Part shown: positions 25,436-38,275 of the stretch, piece by piece
Layout: every line of letters begins with the position of its first letter
Position numbering within the stretch: position 1 is the stretch's first letter
Origin: Malacoraja senta
Taxonomy: Eukaryota
Length of the DNA: 64,000 bases
Assembly (NCBI GenBank): GCA_038087875.1
Contig: CM075992.1
Coordinates: forward strand, 4,094,001-4,158,000
Reading direction: 5' to 3'
Program-made: the position numbers and the translations under genes
The notes under the pieces: generated by a model
The model's database searches: none
Seen by the model: only the letters and a program-made list of their open reading frames with translations
What the model was told of the DNA's origin: nothing

Positions 25436-26985
25436 TTTTTGTGCCTATCCAAAGTATTGGGTGTTCCCCTTGTTAAGGGTCTTGTGGTCTTCTACTGAAT
25501 CACCAAGAAAGCGCAACAACTGTAGTATTCAAAGAAACAATCGCACCAAAAGCAATAGTGACAGCAATTATCTGGAGAACATCTATTTTCCACAATGCGT
25601 ACTACAGATTCACACAGTCGTTGCCTCATGAAGTGTTTCTTGATTTCACATTCTGCTCAAAGCAATGAACAAAGGCTCATTTTATGTTTAAATGACCACA
25701 TTATTTAATATAGGTTTCAGATCTAATGGTCGCGTGTAAAATCTGTGTGCTTTGGTAATGGTGTAACCCTGCAGTATAATGTGCAAAAATATGAAATGGC
25801 CTATTTCATAGAGAGAGATAAAGCAAGCAGCATTTCATTTAAAGGATGAGAAAATTGTCCAATTAGTGTCATAGAGCAATATAATAAAACAGGCCAACAT
25901 GTCCCAGCTACAATAGTCCCACCTGCCTGCGTTTGGTCCATATCCCTCCAAACCTGCCCTATCCATTTAAACATAAACTGTTTCTTAAACGTTGGGATAG
26001 TCCCAGCCTCAACTACCTCCTCTGGCAGCTCGTTCCATACACCCACCACCCTTTGTGTGAAAAAGCTACCCTCAGATTCCTGTTTAATCTTTTCCCCTTC
26101 ACCTTAAACCTCTGTCTTCTGGTCCTCGATTCACCAGCACTGGGCAAGAGACTCTGTGCATCTATTCCTCTCACGATTTTATACACCTCCATTATGAGAT
26201 GCAGATGGATTTGAGTGTCCTAATTCACCATTTTACAAAAGGCTGGTATTCAGGTAATTAGTAAAACTAACAGAGTGATCTTGTTTATTACAAATAACTG
26301 GTTAGGGACATTATGCCTCAGTAATATAGATTTTACTTCGGAGTCACGTGAGTGACTACGTGAAGAAGACCCGTCAGGGCGCATGCGCGTCATTACGTCT
26401 GACGCATTGGCGCTCGGCAGCAGGAGGACGGAGCTCCTCCTGCAGGTGAGAAGTTACAGCTCCACCAAAGTCGGGGAGACTTTGGAGGAGTTAGAAAAGT
26501 AGAGAAATTGTTGCTGTGTTTTTTCCCCACAATGCAGGAACAAGGAAAAAGTCATCAAGGTGCAGGTCTGCTGCGGACAAGGAGAGAGAGAGCTGCGGGA
26601 GCCTGTCACCTCTGGGGAGTCGCAAGCCGGTAGCGGTGCGGCGACAGACTTGGCAAAGTGCCCAGCCGGGTACACAGCCAACGCCAGTCGGGCGGTCGGC
26701 ATAAGCTAAGTCTGTCAGGGGCATTGACTCGGCAGTGTCGGGCCAGGAGAGTCCCGTCGGGGACAGGATACCGTGACCCAGCGGTTATCCAAAAGGAGCA
26801 GCGCATACAGGGGCTGCTTCACAAAGCCACACTCCAGGAGGAGTTGTGCAGGCGGGAAGCCTTAGGGAAGGCTCCGCCGGCAGTGCCTAGGAGAGGCCTG
26901 CTTGACAAAGCCACACTCCAGGAGGAGTTGTGCAGGCGGGAAGCCTTAGGGAAGGCTCCGCTGGCAGTGCCTAGTAGAGGCCTGC

Positions 26986-27819
26986 TTGAAAGCACCCTCT
27001 TTGCAAGAGGTGAGTGCAGAAGGGCAGATACGCTCTGACCCTGAGTCCGACGACGACTTCCAAAGGGAGGGCAGGCAGCTGCCAGAGCTGACACCGTGTG
27101 CAGCACGATTTGCCATGTCGTCGGACGCTGGTGAGCCTCTGGGTGAGGAACTTGCCACCAGCATAAATTACCAAGTCTCACATCAGCTACAGGAGCTGAC
27201 AATGGATGAGACAGTAAGGAAGCATGAAGCCCCAATCAACTGTGGCCTGTTAAAAGTTCCTGTTGGGAACAGGAAGAATTGGGGCAAGATGGGCATACAA
27301 ATGAGAGCCCAGGAGCATGTGAAGCTCCAGCATATTTTTAAAGTTGCTGGCATCTGGTATAACGAGCTTTGCCAGGATGGTGGATGGAGAGGCCATGACA
27401 AATTACAACAAAAGGCGCTATTGTGGAGTGCCCACTTTGAGATCAACTGCCTCCGCAAGACTGCGATTAGACCAACCATCAATTCTAAATATGCTTCACT
27501 CTGCCAGCCTGGCACAGTGCAACCGGCACAGCTGTTTGGCGAGGATTTCGCACAGCAGGTGAAGGAGCTGGAGGAGGAGGCTAAGACGGCAGCCACATAT
27601 TCACCAAAGCGGAAGTATCCCTATAAGCGAGGAGACTGGTCCGGGCAAGGGACGAGTCCAGCTACGATGCAGCGCAGTTGGCGTTTGCCTGTAGCACCGC
27701 CAGGGAAGGTGAGATATCCAGCTCGAGTCCGGGGAAGAATGCCAGGTGGTAAGGAGGTAAGTGGGTCTGGTTCTCATGTAGACAGATCTAATGTGATACC
27801 TCAGATATCTTTATACTGA
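26986..27819 (+). pseudogene. DIRS ORF1 (gag-like), frameshifted
   Basis: HEAPINCGLLKVP...IRPTINSKYASLC...LFGEDFAQQVKEL resembles DIRS ORF1; adjacent segments read in different frames. Confidence 0.65.
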
Positions 27820-27916
27820 AGGTTATTGAAGGATATCGAATAAAGCTTAATGCAAATTCTGATTTACCCATGCAACATGTTCCAAAAAGGAGTTTGACTT
27901 CACTATCACTGAACAA

Positions 27917-29420
27917 TTGAAAGTTCAGTTGGAACTTGCAAGGTTATGTAATAAAGGTGTAATTGCTAAGGCAGTTTACCAAAGCCATCAGTTTGTGTCC
28001 AATATCTTTCCCAGACCAAGCAAGGATGGGGGATGCAGAATTATACTGGACCTGAATAGTCTTAGCCCTTTTGTAGGGTATAGACATTTTAAGATGGAAA
28101 TGTTTGTGAAGGAGATCTTAAAGAAGCGGATTATTCAGTGTCTGTTCATTTGCAGGATAGAAGATTTAAAATTCAGCTGGATGGGGCAATTATGGCAATA
28201 CAATGCACTGCCTAATAGTTTGTCTTCAGCTCCTAGAGGGATTACAAAGTTGTTAAAACCTATTCTAGGCATGATGAGAAGTCAAGGGCATGAGCTCATG
28301 GCTTAACTAGATAATATCTTGATTGTAGGACAATCAAAGGAAACAGCTGAAGTATCAGTGGCAGTTGGTAAAAAACATTTATTTCTTAAATTAGGCTTCA
28401 TAAGCTATCCAGAGAGATCTAAATTATACCTGTGACACAAATTGAAGTTGGGTTCACAATAGACTTAATCAACACGATTGTGACCTTGCCCAGGCAAAAA
28501 AGGGTAGAGCTAATTAAGAGCTGTATCAAGTTCATTGCTCACACACAGCCTTCAATTACCCAGGTGACGAGTCTGCTGGGGAAATTGCTGCAGCATTTCC
28601 ACAGTTCAATATGGCCAACTTTATTATCTACAATTACAAAGGTCAAAGCAACAAGCACTGAGGATACATTAGGGTCATTATAATAGACCTATGCTTCTAT
28701 CAATAGAGGCTGTTGCTGATGTACAATGGTGGATTCAGCATATGTCCACTAGTAGTTCCAAAGTGTTATTGGACCAAGATTCCATGATTTTGCAGACAGA
28801 TGTCAGAGCACTTGGGTAGGGTGCTACTGATACAAGATCCAGCTGTGGAGACAGATGAACATTGCTTCTGCAAACATGGGGAATTAACCAAGAGTATTTT
28901 ATGGACTCAAGGCTTATGGCACTAACTAAACTAGTTTGCATATGCAGTGCAAAATAGACAACACTACAGCAGTTGCTTATATGAATCACATGGGTGGAAT
29001 CAAATCGTTATCATGTGACAGGTTGGCAAATAGAATTGGACCTGGAGTATGGATAGAGATATTTGGATTGGAGCTATCTATCTGCCAGGGAAACTTAATG
29101 TAGTACCAGATGGCAGGTCACGAAAATTATGTGATAATACAGAGTGGATGTTGAACCAGGATGTGTTCAAGAACATAGTACTTCTATATGGAAGGCCAAA
29201 ATATGTTTCATGGGAACCAGATCCAGGGGCAGTGGCAATTGATGCTTTTTCACTAAATTGGGATGATATGTTTGTGTACATTTTCCCACCATTCTGCCTC
29301 ATAGGTCGGTGTTTGAGAAAATCAAGCAGGATGCTGCTTCAGGGGTTTTGGTGATACCAAATTGCCCGATTCAACCATGGTTCCTTTTCAGGTTATAGAT
29401 AGCGATCCAACCTCCTTTTG
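27917..29420 (+). pseudogene. DIRS pol: RT, RNase H and adenine methyltransferase-like domain, disrupted
   Basis: FVSNIFPRPSKDGGCRIILDLNSL...HFKME; LPNSLSSAPR..TKLLKP; stop codon at the Y of the YxDD position (GCT TAA CTA GAT AAT); DNTTAVAYMNHMGG; YLPGKLNVV; KYVSWEPDPGAVAIDAFSLNW...YIFPPF. Confidence 0.88.
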
Positions 29421-29519
29421 CTGGTTCCAAACAGTAGGAATTTGCTGGAGCATCCACTAACGCGTTAAGTTCATCCGTTATGTGATCGTATTGATCTCTT
29501 AATTTGCACGTTTGTAAGA

Positions 29520-30496
29520 ATGCCTTACATTGGTCGAGGACTTTCTAGGCCAACGGTGGATATACTCACTGCAGCCTGGAGAAAGAGTACTCAAAAGCAG
29601 TATATGACATGAAATTTTTTTTTTTTTAAATGGGAACAATATTGTGTTCAAAAGACTATTCAATATGATACTGTAGTTATTGAAAATGTGTTAGAGTTTA
29701 TCTACACTTTATTATGAGGAGGGTTTTAGCTATAGTGTTATCAATACAGCTAGAAGTGCTTTGTCGGCAAAGCTTGTAATATGGACACAAAGTATAGGTT
29801 CTCACCCTCTCATATCTAGGTTGATGGAAGGAATCTTTAATTCCAAACCGCCTAAGCCTAGGTATATGGTAATCTGGGATGTAAGCGTTGTTCTTAACAT
29901 GCTTTGTCATTCGGTCCCTGTCACGTCTATAACTTTGTTAAAATTAACCATCAAATTGGCTATGCTAATGGCATTGGTGTAAGCACAGAGAGTGCAGACT
30001 TTCCAAACACTTCAGTTAGATAGAATGAAAGTGTCTACAGAAAATGTTATGTTTTATATTTATCACCTGCTCAAACAAAGCAGGCCAGGTGTGACAGGAT
30101 TTAAGATCGAGTTCTGAACATATCCTACAGCTCCATGTTTATGTGTAAGGACACATTTCTTACATTACATTGAAGCCACAAGGGCTTTAAGACAAGAAGA
30201 AACAGGATTATTTGTCAGTTACAAGAAGCCAACATAAAAGAGTGGCAGTTCAGACTATCTCAAGGTGGTTAAAGCAAGAGTTGGTTCAGCCAGGTATTAA
30301 CATTTATGTGTTTACATCTCATTCCACTAGCGCAGTAGCAACATCCGCGGCCAGGTCGATAGACGTTCCCATCGACCATATATTAAAAGCCGCAGGTTGG
30401 GAAAATGAACTTGTGTTTCAGCAATACTACCATCGGCCGATTGCCGATGGAGGGCTGTTTGCCAACTCAATATTGAGTGCTGTTGCTATTGTTTAA
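29520..30496 (+). pseudogene. DIRS tyrosine recombinase, disrupted
   Basis: GSHPLISRLMEGIFNSKPPKPRY..IWDVSVVL...LTIKLAMLMALV; TISRWLK...FTSHSTSAVATS...ILKAAGW....FQQYYHRPI (HSTR motif altered to HSTS); several stops and frameshifts. Confidence 0.9.
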
Positions 30497-30707
30497 AGTC
30501 TGTTTTCAATACTGTTTCATTCTGTTTCGTTTGTTGCCCTACATTAAGAGGGTTTATTGGTTGTTTTATGACCAAAAATAAAACTGTTTTGTTTTTGCAT
30601 GATATGCAATGTCATGTTTACAGCATTATTGATGATACTCAGAGTCAATCGATGCAGTGAGAAGCCGGGATTTTGATCTGCGGCATAAAAATCACAGAGC
30701 TTTAAAA

Positions 30708-30819
30708 TCTTCACGTAGTCACTCACGTGACTCCGAAGTAAAATAGTAAGATTAAACGAGAACTTACCAGTTTGAAGTTTGATCTTTATTTTATGAGGAG
30801 TTACGTTGGTGATTACGTG
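30708..30819 (+). repeat. DIRS internal complementary region (ICR)
   Basis: 30708-30744 is the exact reverse complement of 26330-26366; 30744-30819 is the exact reverse complement of 30972-31047. Confidence 0.95.
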
Positions 30820-32085
30820 CCCGCCACGCCCAACCCTCTCTCATAGAAAAAAGGTCATAATGGTAGTTCTCATGTTGATCATCTTAATATGTTACTTCAA
30901 TGATGGTGTTGTCTGTGATTTCATACCGCTGCTTTGAAGATTGACGCGCATGCGCCCTGACGGGTCTTCTTCACGTAATCACCAACGTAACTCCTCATAA
31001 AATAAAGATCAAACTTCAAACTGGTAAGTTCTCGTTTAATCTTACTAGTATTGCTGAGACCACATCTGGTGTATCATGTACAGTATTGCTCTTCTGATTT
31101 AAGGAAGAGTGCTAGTGAATCCATGCCGACCAGCGATCACCCCGCACCCTAGCACTATCCAATACACTAGGGACAATTTACAATTTTACCAAAACCAATT
31201 AACCTACAAACCTGTATGTCTTTGGAGTGTGGGAGGAAACCGGAGCAACCTTGTGGAATTCTTTGCCATTCTGTACAGGCTGTAGAGGCCAAGTCAGTGG
31301 ATATTTTTGAGGGAGAAATAGATAGCTGTTTTGATTAGTACAGGTGTCAGAGGTCATGGGGAGAAGGCAGGAGAATGAGAGATAGATCAGCTATGATTGA
31401 ATGGCGGAGTAGACTTGATGGGCCAAACGTCCTAATTCTGCTCCTATCCCTTAAGGCCCGGAGAAAACGCACGTGGTCACAGGGAGATTGATAGGTTCTT
31501 GATTAGTACGGGTGCCAAAAGTTACGGGGAGAAGGCAGGAGAATGGGGTTGTGAGGGAAACATAGACCAGCCATGATCAAATGGTGGGGCAGACTCGAAG
31601 GGCCGAATGGTCTAATTCTCCTTCTATGTCTAACGGTGTACAGTGTTCATGCAGTGCAGCCCTGCGATGTCAGCATAGGTATCTGTGTTCATGTCTCTGA
31701 AGATCAATTTGTGGTCACTCTGCCTCTTGCCTTTGACACTATTAGAGATGGGGAGGATGGGTGCATATATATATATTTTAATATATTCTGATTGTACTTT
31801 GCTTTCAATAGTTAGATCTAAAAGAAGATTAGAATCCCAGTCACGTAACTTGAAAAAAATGGTTGTTGGTAATCGCCAACGCCTTCTTCTCCTTAAAAAG
31901 AATGTGAACATCAATGGGACAAATAGATACAAACAATGGATTTCCTGTCACTGACGGAGCTTTAAGCATGATCCCACGGTGAACAATGAAAAATCAATTC
32001 TTCCAAACGTGTCTCCGGCCTTAAAAGCCGATCGGAATATCTCCCACCACCTCATCCCCACCCCCAGGCACTAATTAATGATCGT

Positions 32086-32374
32086 GTCACGGTGGCGCAG
32101 CGGTAGGGTTGCTGCCTTACAGCGCCGGAGACCCAGGTTCGATCCTGACTACGGGTGCTGTCTCTACGGAGATTGTACGTACTCCTCGTGACCACGTGGG
32201 TTTTCTCCGGGTGCTTCGGTTTCCTCCCACACTCCAAAGACGTGCGGATTTGTAGGTTAATTGGCTTCGGTAAGTTGTAAGTTGTCACTACTGTGGGTAG
32301 ATTAGTGTACGGGGTGATCGCTGGACGGCGCGGACTCGGTGAGCCGAAGGACTGTTCTAGTGCTGTATCTCTAA
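32086..32374 (+). mobile_element. Full-length HE1-type V-SINE
   Basis: A/B boxes, V-domain, CR1-like tail. Confidence 0.86.
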
Positions 32375-32508
32375 AGAAAGAGAGGGATGAAAAGACCTCT
32401 CATTGTACTAACAGAAAGTAACATGTGCTGCCATTTCTGCGAAGACTTGGATCGCCAGTTATACTCCACGGTGATCGCTTTGATTAAAATTGGGATGGCG
32501 TAAGACAT

Positions 32509-32700
32509 GAAATGGGCTGTCGAAAGGTCTTGAGCCACGAAATGGTCAGAAGAGTGACCCCTACTCAAGAAATGCTCTGAAGATAGTTTCGACCCAAGAA
32601 ATGATCTAAAGAAAGGTCTTGACCCAAGATATGGTCTGTGGAAAGTTCCTGACCCAAGATATGGTTTGCAGATAGGTCTTCACCCAAGAAATAGTCTGAA
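32509..32700 (+). repeat. Degenerate 30-bp tandem repeat resembling the hammerhead core (~6 units)
   Basis: GACCCAAGA-like anchors at 32532, 32562, 32591, 32621, 32651, 32681; consensus approximately GTCTGAAGAAAGGTCTTGACCCAAGAAATG. Confidence 0.78.
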
Positions 32701-33020
32701 ACAATTCCAGTCACTCAGGTTCGATGCTGACCTCGGGAGTCGTCTGTGTGAAGTTTTCACGTTCTCCTTGTGACCGTATGGCTTCTGCCCAGATGCTCCA
32801 GTTTCCTCCTGCACTCCAAAGGCAAGCTGGCCGGTTAATGGGCAATGATTAATTGTTCCTAGTTTAGGTAAGTAGCAACTTTTGCTGAATGGCGGTAAAG
32901 TCTGAAAAGATGTCAAAGGTTACGAGGAGAAGGCAGGAGATTGGGGTTGAGAGGGAAGGCTGCCTGACCCACTGAGTTACTCTAGCACTCTGTGTTTTGC
33001 TCAGGATTCCAGCATCTGCA

Positions 33021-33320
33021 GTTTAGTTTAGTTTAGAGATCCAGTGCGGAAACAGGCCCTTCGGCCCACCGAGTCTGCACTGACCAGCGATCCCTGCACA
33101 TTTACACTAACCTACACACACGAGGGACAATTTTTACATATATACCAAAGCCAATTAACCTACAAACCTGTACGTCTTTGGAGTGTGGGAGGAAACCGGA
33201 GCACCCGGGTCACGGGGAGAACGTACATACTCCGTACAGACTGCACCCGTAGTCGGGATGGAACCCGGGTCTCTGGCGCTGGAAGACAGCAGCTCTACCG
33301 CTGTGCCACCGTGCCGCCCC
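33021..33320 (-). mobile_element. Full-length HE1-type V-SINE
   Basis: Reverse complement of the same structure. Confidence 0.86.
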
Positions 33321-34057
33321 ACTTTCTTGCATTTCCAGATTACCTATTGCCTTACACATTGCCTGCTGCGAAAGCAATCTCTCAGAGTGCACTGTTGGCA
33401 CTGAAGTGAGCCATCAATGACAGAACCAGCTGTGACTTGGTTCACCACAAGCGTTTGGGAGTACCTTCATCAGTCATTGATAAGTCTAATCTTAGTGTCA
33501 CTTTGACACCTGATCCCTGAACTTGGTAACCTTCATTGGCTCAAAATCGATGCCTCGATTTTAATTAGCTTAGTTTAGCTTAGAGATACAGGGCGGGAAC
33601 AGGCCCACCGAGTCCGCGCCGACCAGCGATCCCCTCCCTGTGATTGCGTGGGTTTCCTCCGGGTGCTCTGGTTTCCTTCCGATATCACATTATGCGGGTT
33701 TGTAGGTTAATTGGCCCTCTGTAAAATGTAGCTGGTAGCAAGTGGATGTGAAAGTGGGGAAAGATAGAACCAGTGTGAATGGGTGATCGATGGTCAGCCT
33801 CGACTTGGTGGGTTGAAGGGCCTGTTTCCATTCTGTAGTTCTGAACTAAACTAGTGCGAATGGGTGATCGATGGTCTGCATGGAATTGGTCGGCCAAAGG
33901 GCCTGGATCCCTGCTGTATCTAAACCAAATTCAAGAATTGATAGAATGCTAACTATACCGGCATGGAATTGGTGGGCTGAAGGGCCTGTTTCCATGCTAT
34001 ACCTTTCAACTAAACTAAATTCAAGAGTTAACAGAACGCTATGCAATGTTATTGAGT

Positions 34058-34362
34058 AGTTTAGTGTAGTTTAGAGATACAACGCGGAAACAGGCCCTTC
34101 GGCCCACCGGGTCCGTGCCGACCAGCGATCCCCGCACATTAACACTATCCTACACACACTAGGGACAATTTACAATTTTACCAGAGCCAATAGACGTACA
34201 AACATGTACCTCTTTGGAGTGTGGGAGGAAACTGGAGATCCCGGAGAAAACTCACGCAGGTCACAGGGGAGAAGGTACAAACTCCGTACAGACGGCACCA
34301 GTAGCCGGGATGGAACCCGGGTCTCTGCCGCTGGAAGCTCTATCACTATGCCACAGTGCCAC
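34058..34362 (-). mobile_element. Full-length HE1-type V-SINE
   Basis: A/B boxes, V-domain, (TAAAC)n tail on the minus strand. Confidence 0.85.
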
Positions 34363-36382
34363 CCTACAAACCCTCTCTATTGCTGAACTTCTCAATCTCT
34401 GTACCCTTTGTGGACTCATAATACGGTAAGATTCACTTGAATCACCAAGGTACAGCGTGCCACAGACCATGAACTGATCAATGGGACTAGTGTAGATGGC
34501 TACTTGAGGGACGGCATGGGTATGGTGGGCCGAAGGGCCTGTTTCTCTGCTGTTTGACTATGATCATGAATGTGTGAGTCTGTGAGTCCAAGTCGCTGTA
34601 AGGCAGCAACTCTTCCGCGGTGCTGGCTCGAAGGGCCGAATGGCCTCCTCCTGCACCTATTTTCTATGTTTTCTACCAGCCACCGGGTCGAGTAGAAAGC
34701 ATTTTATGCAGAGGATGTAAATCTTATGCATTTTTGTGGCCGTCTGCGATGCCAGCTGTAAGACTCTTTACTCTTCTGCGAGAAATGCAGAGGGCTGCCA
34801 ATTCCTGTGATGCAGAAGAAGGACATCTCCTCATTTCAAGCCAATTTAATTTCATGGCTCGACTCCAGAGTGCATTCGATCAGTATGGAGCCAAGATTGA
34901 AACCGAGACAGATTGAAGGCAATTGGCAAGAGAGCCATCAAACTGCAGAATTGTAATGGCTCAGATGGAGGACATTTGGCACATCAAATCCATGAAGGTT
35001 CTCATACAACGACCCTATCATCCTGAGTCAGAGGGTGGTGAATCTGTGGAATGTATTGCCACAGAAGGCTGTGGAGGCCGTCAATGGATATTTTTAAGGT
35101 GAAGATTGATAGGTTCTTGATTAGTACGGGTGTCAGGGGTTATGGAGAATGGGATCAGGAGATGATTGAATGGCAGAGTAGACTTGATGGGCTGAATGCC
35201 TTAATTCTGCTCCTATCACTTTGGAGCTTTTGAACTTATCCAATTTCCTTGCTCACAACTCTGCAACTTATTCCCTTTCAAAAAAGTCAATCTAACACCA
35301 TCTTGAAGCAATTGACTGCTTCTACCAATTTTCCCAGCCTATCTAAATCAAGTACGGGAACTTTGCGCGGCAGAGTGGCGCGGTGGGAGAGTTGCTGCCT
35401 CACAGCGCAAGGGACCTGGGTTCGATCCTGACAACCGGTGCAGTCTGTACGGAGTTTGTACGTTCTCCTCGTGACCGCGTGGGTTTTCTCCGGGTGCTCC
35501 GGTTTCCTCCCACATCCCAACGATGTGCCGGCTCGTCGCTTAATTGGTTTCTGTAAAGTGGAATGGATGCAAAACTGGTGGGCGACGTAGAACTGATGTG
35601 AGGGTGATCGTTGGTTGGTGGGCCGAAGGGCCTGTTTCCATGCTGTATCTCGGCCCACCAAGTCCACGCCAACTAAACTAAACTAACCTAAACTAAACTA
35701 AACTAAACTAAACTAAACTGAACCAGAGGGCATAAAGATGAGAGTTTAATGATAAAGCACGGAAACAGGTCCTTCGGCTCCCCAACTACACAGCGGGCCT
35801 CGATCACCTGTACTCGGTCTCCATGGTGACCCATCTCTCACACTAGGATCAATTTACAGCAGCCAACTGACCCACAAACCTGTCTTTGGGATCTGGGAGG
35901 AAACCGGAGCACCCAGAGAAAACCCACGGGGTCACAGGGAGAATGCACAAACTCTGTACAGACAGCACCCTAGTCAGAATTGAACCCAGGTCTCTGGCGC
36001 TGTGAGGCAGCAACTCTACCGCTGCGCCTCTGTGCCGCCCTTTTACGTACGATATGATCTGATTTAATTGGATAGCACGCAAACAAAAGCTTCCCACTGG
36101 ACCTCAATACGTTCTTGTAGGAAGGAGATGAGGAGATTTCTTTAGTCAGAGGGTGGTGAATCTGTGGAATTATTTGCCACAGAAGGCTGTGGAGGCCAAG
36201 TCAATGGATATTTTTAAGGCAGGGATAGATAGATTCTTGATTAGTACGGGTGTCAGAGGTTATGGGGAGAAGGCAGGAGAATGGGGTTGAGAGGGAGAGA
36301 TAGATCAGCCATGATTGCATGGTGGAGTAGACTTGATGGGTCGAATGGCCCGATTCTACTCCTATCCCTTATGACCTTATGA

Positions 36383-37150
36383 CATAGAAACATAGAAATT
36401 AGGTGCAGGAGTAGGCCATGCGGTCCTTCGAGCCTGCACCGCCATTCAATATGATCATGGCTGATCATCCAACTCAGTATCCCGTACCTGCCTTCTCTCC
36501 ATACCCTCTGATCCCTTTAGCCACAAGGGCCACATCTAACTCCCTCTTAAATATAGCCAATGAACTGGCCTCGACTACCCTCTGTGGCAGAGAGTTCCAG
36601 AGATTCACCACTCTCTGTGTGAAAAAAGTTCTTCTCATCTCGGTTTTAAAGGATTTCCCCCTTATCCTTAAGCTGTGACCCCTTGTCCTGGACTTCCCCA
36701 ACATCGGGAGCAATCTTCCTGCATCTAGCCTGTCCAACCCCTTAAGAATTTTGTAAGTTTCTATAAGATCCCCTCTCAATCTCCTAAATTCTAGAGAGTA
36801 TAAACCAAGTCTATCCAGTCTTTCTTTATAAGACAGTCCTGACATCCCAGGAATCAGTCTGGTGAACCTTCTCTGCACTCCCTCTATGGCAATAATGTCC
36901 TTCCTCAGATTTGGAGACCAAAACTGTACGCAATACTCCAGGTGTGGTCTCACCAAGACCCTGTACAACTGCAGTAGAACCTCCCTGCTCCTATACTCAA
37001 ATCCTTTTGCTATGAAAGCTAACATACCATTTGCTTTCTTCACTGCCTGCTGCACCTGCATGCCTACTTTCAATGACTGGTGTACCATGACACCCAGGTC
37101 TCGTTGCATCTCCCCTTTTCCTAGTCGGCCACCATTTAGATAATAGTCTG
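36383..37150 (-). mobile_element. CR1-clade (HER1-like) LINE 3' fragment
   Basis: ORF 36474-37109: LYRVLVRPHLEYCVQFWSP...RRLRGDLIETYKI...FFTQRVVNLWNSLP; (TTTCTATG)n tail. Confidence 0.93.
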
Positions 37151-37609
37151 CTAAATGACCTAATACACGTGGCTATAACAAGCAAGTCCGCAAGTGCTTT
37201 GGAGAAACCTGGTGAAACATCATTAAAGGAACAACTTGACATGACTTGGCCAATAGTTAACAAACTCATTATCACCGGCTCTCTGGGTCATTGAAGGATG
37301 GCTGGATTTCCAACGGCAGCTGTTGCTGGAGATATGCCAATGAATCTACACAGAAGTGCAAGGAATAGGGACTGGGGTCGATGACATGGCCCTCTGCTGT
37401 TTAGAAAGATTAATCACTTCATTTTTATTTATTTATGGACATGCATATTATTATCCCAAACCATTTATTGCCAGAAACTGACAGCTCTTAGACGTATATA
37501 TGGACAGTGATCCCACTGTGATGTTGGAGATGGAAGTTTAGAGATACAGAATGGAAACAAGTCCTTCAGCCCACCAAATCCATGCCATTACCCATCCACA
37601 CTAGTTCTT

Positions 37610-38275
37610 CGCTCAATGCTTCAATGACTTTCGCTCAGTCCGCATGGATCTACCTGATCTCCTGGTTGCCAAACACTTTAAAGGGCCTGTCCCACTGTAC
37701 GAGGTAATTCAAGAGCTCTCCCGAGTTTAAAAAAAAATCAAACTCGTGGTAAGTAGAATGTACGTAGCGGGTACATCGGAGCTCGGTGACGTCTCTTAGC
37801 GGCTCGTAACGCTAACGGCAGGTACTCGGGAAACGCGGTAAGCTCGGGAAGACTCGTGAAGATTTTTCAACGTTGAAAAATGTCCACGAGAGCCCCGAGT
37901 ACCTACGAGCGGCTATTACCGTAATTCTCCAAGTTTGAATCAGGGGAAACACGGGAGAGCTCTTGAATTAGCTCGTACAGTGGGACAGCCCCTTAACTCC
38001 CTCTCTCATTCACACACTGACCGTTCTGTCCTCCATTGTCAGAGTGAAGCTAATCACAACTTGGAGGAACAGCTACTCATATTTCGCTTGGGCAGCTTAC
38101 GCCCCAGCGGTATGATAGTGATTTCTCTAACTTCAAGTAACCCTGGCATTCCCCCTCTCTCCATCCCTCCCCCACCCAAATCCTACTAGGTTCCCGTTCT
38201 CACCCAGCAAACAACGAACGATGGCCTGTTCCCTTTATTATCGTTACTGTTTTGCTTATCTTTCACTCATTTGTT
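37610..38275 (+). mobile_element. Penelope-like GIY-YIG fragment split by a MITE
   Basis: PDLLVAKHF|NSLSHSH...LEEQLLIFRLGSLRPSGM. Confidence 0.78.
37682..37993. mobile_element. PIF/Harbinger-type MITE
   Basis: AGGGCCTGTCCCACTGTACGAG...CTCGTACAGTGGGACAGCCCCT; TAA TSD. Confidence 0.88.

Larger units (their letters stand above)
26330..31047 (+). mobile_element. Full-length DIRS1-like tyrosine-recombinase retrotransposon (coding regions degenerate)
   Basis: Inverted terminal repeats 26357-26392 / 30942-30977; internal complementary region 30708-30819 matches both ends; gag-like, RT, RNase H, methyltransferase-like and YR remnants in DIRS order; no TSD; interrupts a CR1 fragment that reads through across the site. 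Confidence 0.95.

Noticed and set aside
29130..29400. Bacterial or phage DNA methyltransferase and integrase (contamination or horizontal transfer)
   Set aside because: These are normal domains of DIRS retrotransposons and lie inside the DIRS termini.
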